A stretch of 64,000 nt of DNA from an uncultured Pelagibacteraceae bacterium (GTDB lineage Bacteria; Pseudomonadota; Alphaproteobacteria; Pelagibacterales; Pelagibacteraceae). The stretch spans positions 14,816 through 78,815 of the forward strand of contig CACIZU010000001.1 of NCBI GenBank assembly GCA_902591185.1. The letters are read 5' to 3'. Positions 57,188-64,000 of this stretch are shown in pieces (position 1 is the first letter of the stretch; each line of letters begins with the position of its first letter). The notes under the pieces were generated by a model, which worked only from the letters and a program-made list of their open reading frames with translations, was not told where the DNA came from and made no database searches. The translations under genes were made by a program, and so were the position numbers.

Positions 57188-58248
57188 TTTTTTAAACCTG
57201 TGAACTTAATTTTAAAAAAAAGTAAATAATCTGAGGCAAGAAGAAAAAATAAAATCATTCCTTGAAATACTTGGCCTGTGTATTTTGGAATTTGCATAAA
57301 TATTTGAGCTGTTTCTGCACCCAAATAAGTAATTGCTACAATTAATGATGCAAAAATTATTCCAACAGGATGTAAGCGTCCTAAAAATGCTACTATTATT
57401 GCAGTAAAACCATAATCTGGAGATACTTCTCTATGAAGTTGACCGATTGGTCCAGTTATTTCTCCAACTCCAGCCAGACCAGCACAAGCGCCACTAATTA
57501 AAAAAACTAGAATGATCATTTTTTTACCTTTGTAGCCAGCGTATTTTGCTGTTTTTAAACTAAATCCTGAAACTTTCATTTGGAAGCCCAAGTATGTCTT
57601 GTAAAAAATAAACCAACTTGCAACAACTGCAGCTAAAGCTAAAAAAATACCAGCATGAATTCTTAATCCTTCGAATAATATAGGAAGTCTTGCAGAGTCA
57701 CTAAATTGTCTAGTTTCTGGAAAATTAAATCCTTCAGGATTACTCCAAGGTCCTACAACAAGATAGTCTAAAATTAATTTTGAAACATATACCAACATAA
57801 GACTAACCAATATTTCATTTGTATTAAAATAAGTTTTTAAGATTGCAGGTATTGATGCATAAAGCATGCCACCTATTGCACCAGCCATTATTACTATAGG
57901 AAGAATGTAAAAACCTTCCTGGTTATAAAAAAGTAAAGCTACACCTCCTGAGACTATAGCTCCAAAAGTTAATTGACCTTCTGCTCCAATGTTCCAATTG
58001 TTGCTTTTAAAACAAAAAGATAAACCAATTGCTATTAAGCAAAGAGGTGTTGCTTTTAAAAGTAATTCACTGAAACCATACATATCTGCAATTGGAACTA
58101 TGAAAAAAAACTTAAGAGCTTCAAAAGGTTTGAAACCCAAAATATAAAAAATTAAACCACCTGCAAATAATGTAAGGAAAATTGCCAAAACAGGCGTAAG
58201 AAAAAATATTGCTCGTGAGGGCTGATCTCTTTTTACAATCTTAATCAA
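57184..58248 (-). CDS. Nucleoside-type ABC permease
   Basis: WNIGAEGQ, NEILVSLM, GFTAIIVAFLGRLHP; TTG start 58248 after GGAGGAG. Confidence 0.92.
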   Translation of the reverse strand: MIKIVKRDQPSRAIFFLTPVLAIFLTLFAGGLIFYILGFKPFEALKFFFIVPIADMYGFSELLLKATPLCLIAIGLSFCFKSNNWNIGAEGQLTFGAIVSGGVALLFYNQEGFYILPIVIMAGAIGGMLYASIPAILKTYFNTNEILVSLMLVYVSKLILDYLVVGPWSNPEGFNFPETRQFSDSARLPILFEGLRIHAGIFLALAAVVASWFIFYKTYLGFQMKVSGFSLKTAKYAGYKGKKMIILVFLISGACAGLAGVGEITGPIGQLHREVSPDYGFTAIIVAFLGRLHPVGIIFASLIVAITYLGAETAQIFMQIPKYTGQVFQGMILFFLLASDYLLFFKIKFTGLKK

Positions 58249-59737
58249 TTTCTCCTCCTCCCATAAGCACTCCAAGTTTTTCTGAAGTAACTTCTTCAGC
58301 ATTCATAATTTTTGATAATTTTCCTTTATGTATTACTGAAATTTTATCACTTAATTTTAATAACTCATCAGTATCTGTAGAGATCAATATTATTGATTTA
58401 TCTTGTTCATTAATTTTAATTAGTGTTTCATGAATATAATTTATAGCTCCAACATCTAAGCCCCACGTTGGATTAAAACAAATTAATAAGTCAGGGGATG
58501 TAATTAATTCTCTGCCAATAATAAGTTTTTGTAAATTTCCACCCGATAAAAATTGGCTTTTTAATTCAATATTATCTGTATTAACATTAAAATCAGATAT
58601 AATTTTTTTTGCATGTTCTTTAATTTTGTTTTCATTTATTAAACCATTTTTAAAAAAATTTGATGACTTAAAATTATTTAAAGCGACATTTTCAAAAATT
58701 TTCATTTGTGGAATTGCAGCTTGCTCAAGTCTGTCTTCTGGAGAAAAGGCCATTAAATATTCCCTTCTCTCTTGAGGATTTAGATCTCCAATATAATTTT
58801 TATTGAATTCTATAGAATTTTTATTTGAAATAATTTCACCACTCAAAATTTGAAATAATTCGCTTTGACCATTTCCCGATATACCAGCAATTCCCAAACA
58901 CTCACCTCGATTAACAGAAAAATTAATATTATTTAAATTAGTTTCAAAAGGATCTTCGCTTATAAAATTAAGATTAGTGATCTTAATTAATTGATCCGTT
59001 GATGTTTTTGCTTTTTTTTTCTTAATTGTTTTTAAATTTTGACCTACCATTTTATTTGCAAGTGATTCAATATTTTCATTTTTTATTTCACTTACAGAAA
59101 CTAGCTTTCCTTTTCTCATTACGGCAACTTCATCACACAGCCGTATTACTTCTTTAAGCTTATGAGTTATATAAATAATTAAAATTCCTTCTTCTGAAAA
59201 TTTCTTTAAAGACAAAAATAATTCACTAGTTTCTTGTTCTGTTAAAACAGATGTTGGTTCATCCATAATAAGTACTTTAGGATTTCTTATTAAGCATCTA
59301 ATTATTTCTACTTTCTGTTTTTGACCTGCTGAAAGATTTAATACTGGAACATCAAGATTAATTAAAAAATTATATTTTTTCATAATTAATTCAATTTTTT
59401 CTCTTAGATTTTCTTTCGTTTCATCAGAGTCAATAATTAGATTTTCAAATACAGATAATGTTTCAAAAAGATTGAAGTGCTGAAAAACCATTCCGATATC
59501 ATTTTTCTTTGCATCTAGAGGAGAATTTAATTTTAAAATATTTTTATTTAAAAATATTTTTCCTTGATCCGGTATGATTACACCAGATAAAATTTTTACT
59601 AATGTTGATTTACCTGCTCCATTTTCTCCCAGCAATGCGTAGATTTTTCCACTTTCAAACTCCAATGAAACATTATCGTTTGCAATACATCCGGGATAAA
59701 TTTTAATTATATTTGAAATTTTAAGATTTGTGTTCAT
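58241..59737 (-). CDS. ABC ATP-binding protein (CUT2, duplicated NBD)
   Basis: GENGAGKST, GMVFQHF, MDEPTS, PEDR, LSGGNLQK. Confidence 0.95.
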   Translation of the reverse strand: MNTNLKISNIIKIYPGCIANDNVSLEFESGKIYALLGENGAGKSTLVKILSGVIIPDQGKIFLNKNILKLNSPLDAKKNDIGMVFQHFNLFETLSVFENLIIDSDETKENLREKIELIMKKYNFLINLDVPVLNLSAGQKQKVEIIRCLIRNPKVLIMDEPTSVLTEQETSELFLSLKKFSEEGILIIYITHKLKEVIRLCDEVAVMRKGKLVSVSEIKNENIESLANKMVGQNLKTIKKKKAKTSTDQLIKITNLNFISEDPFETNLNNINFSVNRGECLGIAGISGNGQSELFQILSGEIISNKNSIEFNKNYIGDLNPQERREYLMAFSPEDRLEQAAIPQMKIFENVALNNFKSSNFFKNGLINENKIKEHAKKIISDFNVNTDNIELKSQFLSGGNLQKLIIGRELITSPDLLICFNPTWGLDVGAINYIHETLIKINEQDKSIILISTDTDELLKLSDKISVIHKGKLSKIMNAEEVTSEKLGVLMGGGEID

Positions 59738-59740
59738 AAA

Positions 59741-60331
59741 TTATTTTAAAGGTATAGAATTTTTTTCTTTTGATGATTGATATTTATTTGATAAATCAAT
59801 ATATGTTTTTTTAATTTGATTAAACGATTCTGTTAATTTTTTTTTATTATCAGTATTTAGTTCTTCTATTAAATTATTAATAGCATAACTTTTCCAGTAT
59901 GAATTTTCTTTCATATATTTCCCATTAGTAATATTAAAAACTTGTTTAAGTATGTTTAAATCATGAGGAATATTAAATTCATCAGAGGTCGATTCATATG
60001 GAAAAAGGTAATAAAAATTATCAAAACCTGAAAAAGTAATAGCACTTAAACATAAGCTGCAAGGTTCATGAGAGCTTAAGAAGATGCAATTTTTTTCATT
60101 TGGTCTCATTTCTTCGTGTAATTCGTAAAATTTTTTTAATGTATGAATTTCGCCATGCCATAAAGGATTTTTTGTTTCATTATTTGAACCAGCAACCACC
60201 AATGAGTGATCATCTTTTTTAATTATAGCAGCACCAAAAATTTTGTTGCCCAAATTAACTCCTTCAAATGTTAAAGGTAAAATCTCATCTTTAAAAGCTT
60301 TCAAAAATCTATCTAATAGTATCTCGCTCAT
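59741..60331 (-). CDS. Zn-dependent nucleoside/nucleobase deaminase (CDA fold)
   Basis: GNKIFGAAI, NPLWHGE, SSHEPCSLCLSAI. Confidence 0.85.
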   Translation of the reverse strand: MSEILLDRFLKAFKDEILPLTFEGVNLGNKIFGAAIIKKDDHSLVVAGSNNETKNPLWHGEIHTLKKFYELHEEMRPNEKNCIFLSSHEPCSLCLSAITFSGFDNFYYLFPYESTSDEFNIPHDLNILKQVFNITNGKYMKENSYWKSYAINNLIEELNTDNKKKLTESFNQIKKTYIDLSNKYQSSKEKNSIPLK

Positions 60332-60349
60332 ATATTTGAAATATCTGAT

Positions 60350-60381
60350 ACCTTACTTGTGGGGATTTCTCCCCACAAGTA
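60350..60381 (-). repeat. Palindromic REP-like hairpin, copy 1
   Basis: 12-bp perfect stem TACTTGTGGGGA/TCCCCACAAGTA; 27/31 identical to 62216-62246. Confidence 0.75.
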
Positions 60382-60391
60382 TTATAAAAAA

Positions 60392-61699
60392 TTATTTTTT
60401 TGACATTACTGCATTTAGAATAAATGCAAGCATTCCAGCTGGAATTAGTCCTGTTGTTAATAATAGTTTCAAACTTATTCCAAAATCAGGAATATGTTTA
60501 ACAAATTGTGGTAATAACGACATGCCAATACCAAAAGAAAGTGATAATCCTAGAATTAACAAGTTTCTTTGATTCATTTTTTCTCTGGCAATTAGTTTGA
60601 TTCCTGCTGATGCTATTAGACCAAACATAATAATAGCAGCCCCACCAATTACAGATTCTGGCATTGATGCAATTATTCCACCAAGTTTTGGAAATAATCC
60701 CATAAGAATCAAAATCACTCCAGCAACGGTTCCTACATGTCTACTAACTACACCTGTAAAAGCAACCAAGCCAGCATTTTGAGAATATGAAGTATTTGGC
60801 ATTGCATTGAATAGAGCTCCAAATATAGTACCAGCTCCGTCAGCCATTATTCCACCTGATATCTCTTTATCAGTTGCTTCTCTATCATCTCCACCCATTG
60901 TTGTTGCGCTAATATCGCCAATTGTTTCAATGGTAGTTACTACTGCCATAAACAACATTAATATTATTGCACCTGGAACGAAATCTATTCCATATTGTAA
61001 TGGTACAGGAAGAGCAAACCAATCTGCTGATGCGATCTTTCCATAATTTACCATGCCTAAACCCATAGCAACAATGTAGCCAGCTATCATTCCTACTAAA
61101 ATTGATGCTGATGACCACATGCCTTTACCTTTGATATTAAAAAATATTGAAACAATCAAAACTGTAAAAGCAATTGTTAAGTGATTAGCGTTACCAAAAA
61201 TTTCTGGTTTATTGTTCATTAACCAAGCACCTCCGCCAGCATACATAAAACCAACTTTTAATAAGCTTACACCAATCATTAATACAACAATTCCCGTTAC
61301 TAAAGGTGGAAATAAATGTCTTATAGGTTTTAAAATCTTTCCTATAAATAATTGAAATATTCCTCCAATAAATGCAGCTGTAAATACTGCTCCCAAACCT
61401 GCGGCTTTAAATGGTACCATTACAGGAATGAATGCGAAACTTGTCCCTTGAATTATAGGTAGTCTTGAACCAATTCCCTTATAACCTACGGTTTGAATAA
61501 CAGTAGCTACTCCAGCAACAAAGAGAGCCATTTGTATTAAAAATATTTTTTGTTCAGGTGTTTGACCAAAAACTCCAGCAATAATTATAGGGACAGTAAT
61601 GTTTCCAGCAAACATTGCTAAAACATGCTGTATTCCTAATGGTATAGATTTATTGTATGGGAGCTTTTTGTTACTTGCACCCGATGATCTTTTTGCCAT
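60392..61699 (-). CDS. NCS2/NAT xanthine-uric acid permease
   Basis: GIQHVLAMF, QGTSFAF, PPLVTG, ETIGD, signature NTSYSQNAGLVAFTGV. Confidence 0.95.
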   Translation of the reverse strand: MAKRSSGASNKKLPYNKSIPLGIQHVLAMFAGNITVPIIIAGVFGQTPEQKIFLIQMALFVAGVATVIQTVGYKGIGSRLPIIQGTSFAFIPVMVPFKAAGLGAVFTAAFIGGIFQLFIGKILKPIRHLFPPLVTGIVVLMIGVSLLKVGFMYAGGGAWLMNNKPEIFGNANHLTIAFTVLIVSIFFNIKGKGMWSSASILVGMIAGYIVAMGLGMVNYGKIASADWFALPVPLQYGIDFVPGAIILMLFMAVVTTIETIGDISATTMGGDDREATDKEISGGIMADGAGTIFGALFNAMPNTSYSQNAGLVAFTGVVSRHVGTVAGVILILMGLFPKLGGIIASMPESVIGGAAIIMFGLIASAGIKLIAREKMNQRNLLILGLSLSFGIGMSLLPQFVKHIPDFGISLKLLLTTGLIPAGMLAFILNAVMSKK

Positions 61700-61904
61700 A
61701 TAACCTCCGTTTTTATTAAGACGTTATATTTATTAACTTCTTTTGTAAATTTAAAAAAATTAAATAAAAAATTTCTTTATATTTTTGATATATTTAAACC
61801 CAAAGTAAACATATTTAATTTATAAATAGTTAAATACAACCCCTTGAAGAAAAACCACTAAGAAGTTTATATTTATGCCACAATTAGGTTGTTATTATAA
61901 ATTT

Positions 61905-62210
61905 ATGCAAAAATTAAAATTATCTATAATTACATTAGCCATGTTTGTAATGATTACAGGATGTAAGACCATCAAAGAAAAGACAGATGCAATTGTTGAA
62001 AAAGAAAATGAAAAATTAAGTAAATATATCAACAAGCCAGCAAGTGTTTTGCAAATAGATTTGGGAAAACCAGATGAAGATTTCAAAAATGCAAAAGGGA
62101 ATTTTGAACTGGTTTATAATACTAAAAAATATGGAATTCCATGTGAGAGAAGATTTGAAATTAATTCTGAAAATATTGTAGTTGGATTTGTTTCTAATGG
62201 ATGTTTCTAA
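61905..62210 (+). CDS. Hypothetical lipoprotein
   Basis: Lipobox ITGC after a hydrophobic stretch; LGKPD; start set to ATG 61905. Confidence 0.7.
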   Translation: MQKLKLSIITLAMFVMITGCKTIKEKTDAIVEKENEKLSKYINKPASVLQIDLGKPDEDFKNAKGNFELVYNTKKYGIPCERRFEINSENIVVGFVSNGCF

Positions 62211-62215
62211 AGAGA

Positions 62216-62246
62216 ACTTGCGAGGATAAATCCCCGCAAGTAAGGT
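62216..62246 (+). repeat. Palindromic REP-like hairpin, copy 2
   Basis: ACTTGCGAGGATAAATCCCCGCAAGTAAGGT between convergent genes. Confidence 0.72.
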
Positions 62247-62251
62247 TAAAC

Positions 62252-62698
62252 TTATTTAATTTTGATAAGTTTTTTCTTTTTATGTTCTGGAATTATTCTT
62301 TCACAAGATATTGTTAAAAGACCATCTTTAAGTTCTGCACTATTAACCTTTACGTCATCAGCAATAGTGAAAGATCTTGCAAATTGTCTTTGAGAAATAC
62401 CTTTGTGAATAATTTCTCCATCAACATGATTTTCGTCTGATTTATTAACTTGTTTAGTTCTAACAGTTAATAAATTATCCTCAAACTCAACCTCAACATC
62501 ATCTCTGTTAAAGCCAGCTAATGCTACTTCAATAGCATAATTGTCCTTACTTGTTTTTCTGATGTTGTAAGGTGGATAATTTGACTGCATTGTCAAATTT
62601 CCATTTCCTAACATATTTTCAAATTGGTCGAACATATCGTCAAAACCAATTGAAAAAGGTCTTAGTGAGTTAAATATAGATAGATCCTTACTAGTCAT
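62252..62698 (-). CDS. ibpA: Small heat shock protein (IbpA-like, class A)
   Basis: IGFD, NYPPYNI, IEVALAGF, HKGISQRQF, DGLL, IPE..K..IKI. Confidence 0.93.
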   Translation of the reverse strand: MTSKDLSIFNSLRPFSIGFDDMFDQFENMLGNGNLTMQSNYPPYNIRKTSKDNYAIEVALAGFNRDDVEVEFEDNLLTVRTKQVNKSDENHVDGEIIHKGISQRQFARSFTIADDVKVNSAELKDGLLTISCERIIPEHKKKKLIKIK

Positions 62699-62757
62699 AA
62701 TATTCTCCTTTGTTAAGCAAGTTTATTTTATGTAAGTCCCATTAGGCGACTTACATA
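62696..62757 (-). promoter_or_regulatory. ROSE-like RNA thermometer
   Basis: 5' hairpin UAUGUAAGUC/GACUUACAUA, then CUUGCUU-AACA-AAGGAG pairing the SD with a bulged G (U-U/C-GCU motif). Confidence 0.75.
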
Positions 62758-62761
62758 TGTT

Positions 62762-62789
62762 ATTTATGAATTAATTTTAATATTTCAAG
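62762..62789 (-). promoter_or_regulatory. RpoH (sigma32)-like promoter
   Basis: Minus strand CTTGAA-N15-CATAAAT immediately upstream of the hsp20 leader. Confidence 0.6.
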
Positions 62790-62799
62790 ATTGAAAAAA

Positions 62800-64000
62800 T
62801 TAAATTTTTTTAGATATTTTTAAAGCAAATGCGTAATCAATTGCAATTTCTTCTATAGCGCCATCTCTACCAGATTTTCCACCATGACCGGCGTTCATTT
62901 CTGTTTTTAAAAGAAGTAAATTTTTATCAGTTTTATAATCTCTTAATTTTGCAGTAAATTTTGCGGGCTCATCAAATAATACTCTGTTATCACTTAAGCT
63001 AGTTGTGATTAACATATGTGGATAATCCATTTTTTTAATATTATTATACGGAGCATAAGAAAAAATGTAATCAAAATGTTCTTTATTATCTTTAGCATTT
63101 CCAAATTCATCAAATTCTCCAACAGTTAATGGTAGAGAGTGATCAAGATTTGTTGTCAAAGAGTCAACAAAAGGCACTGCCATTATTATTCCTAAAAATA
63201 TTTCTGGTGATTGATTTACAACTGCCCCCATCAACAAACCTCCAGCAGAACCTCCCATGCCAATTAATTTTCCCTTTGACGAGTAATTATTATCTATTAA
63301 ATATTTGGCTGCAAAAATATAATCTTCAAAAGTATTTTTTTTATTTGTTAGTTTCCCTTCTTTCCACCATTTCATTCCTTTTTCCATACCACCTCTAATG
63401 TGTGCAGTAGCCCAAATTATATCTCTGTCTATTAAACTTAATCTTGTTGAAGAAAAGCTAGGGCTGATAGAGTTGCCGTAGGAACCATATCCATAGAGCA
63501 ACAGATTTGCTGAACCATCAATTTTAGTTTTTTTATGTCTAGTAATTGTTAGAGGAACAAGTCTTCCATCGTGAGATTTATATTCTATTCTTTCAACCAC
63601 GTAGTCATTTGGATTATGACCAGATGGTATCTCTTGTTCTTTTACCAACTTTTTAGATTTACTTGATAAATTGTATAAATATACTCTTGATGGAGTTTTT
63701 GGCGACGAATATCCTAAATAAACATTGTCAGTATCTCTATCTCTTTGAATTAATGAAACACCAGGAACGTAAATTTTTTCATCAGAAAATATTAATTCTT
63801 CTTCTATTCCTGAAGAAATATTTTTGACGAATAATTTATCTAAAGCATCAGAAGTTTCTGATCGTATAATCCAATTTTTTAAAAAAGTACATCCACCAAT
63901 TAAAACTTCTTCTTTGGGCGCTATAAAAGCTTTCCAATTTTGATTTTCTAAACTATTGGAAATATCAATTTTAAAATCTTCAGCATTTTTGTTTGTATGG
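62800..64000 (-). CDS. ptrB: Oligopeptidase B (S9A), 5' end outside the window
   Basis: YGYGSYG, HIRGG, KKNTFEDY, GGSAGG, DNRV, AGHGG; same frame reads HTNKNAEDFKI at the window edge. Confidence 0.93.
   Translation of the reverse strand, partial: HTNKNAEDFKIDISNSLENQNWKAFIAPKEEVLIGGCTFLKNWIIRSETSDALDKLFVKNISSGIEEELIFSDEKIYVPGVSLIQRDRDTDNVYLGYSSPKTPSRVYLYNLSSKSKKLVKEQEIPSGHNPNDYVVERIEYKSHDGRLVPLTITRHKKTKIDGSANLLLYGYGSYGNSISPSFSSTRLSLIDRDIIWATAHIRGGMEKGMKWWKEGKLTNKKNTFEDYIFAAKYLIDNNYSSKGKLIGMGGSAGGLLMGAVVNQSPEIFLGIIMAVPFVDSLTTNLDHSLPLTVGEFDEFGNAKDNKEHFDYIFSYAPYNNIKKMDYPHMLITTSLSDNRVLFDEPAKFTAKLRDYKTDKNLLLLKTEMNAGHGGKSGRDGAIEEIAIDYAFALKISKKI

Noticed and set aside
61700-61874. Longest intergenic gap of the purine cluster, checked for a purine or xanthine riboswitch
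   Set aside because: Almost pure A/T with no stable stems or recognisable aptamer motif by eye; an Infernal scan would be needed to exclude it fully.

Overview
Very AT-rich, gene-dense alphaproteobacterial DNA with minimal intergenic spacers. Protein sequences and gene order point to SAR11/Pelagibacterales (inference from recognition, no database search). The first ~44.7 kb is mostly core genome: atpHAGDC, rppH, ctpA, rsfS, nadD, proAB, obgE, rpmA/rplU, gloB, metXW under a SAM-II riboswitch, hisC, tyrA, NlpC/P60, ampG, trkH, a broken class I lysS, pyrD, rpmB, a polyamine operon, regA, bioY, polA, chvIG, ahcY, tsaE, amgK-like kinase, murU, gpmA, an RND pump, sseA, msrA and alkA. About 44.7-61.7 kb is a purine uptake, salvage and degradation cluster with no regulator gene: split XdhC, XdhAB, GuaD, PuuD, UraH, UraD, PuuE, Alc, AllA, a PRTase, a BMP-type ABC transporter, a second deaminase and an NCS2 permease. 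The window ends with hsp20 (sigma32-like promoter plus ROSE-like thermometer) and partial ptrB. Top leads: (1) PuuD urate oxidase lacks its cytochrome c domain while a stand-alone cytochrome c lies in the same cluster; (2) an RND adaptor with no alpha-hairpin and an odd basic tail; (3) lysS with an internal deletion and frameshift; (4) a SAM-II pseudoknot directly followed by a U8 tract; (5) a two-copy covarying REP-like hairpin. No rRNA, tRNA, CRISPR, integrase or transposase was seen.
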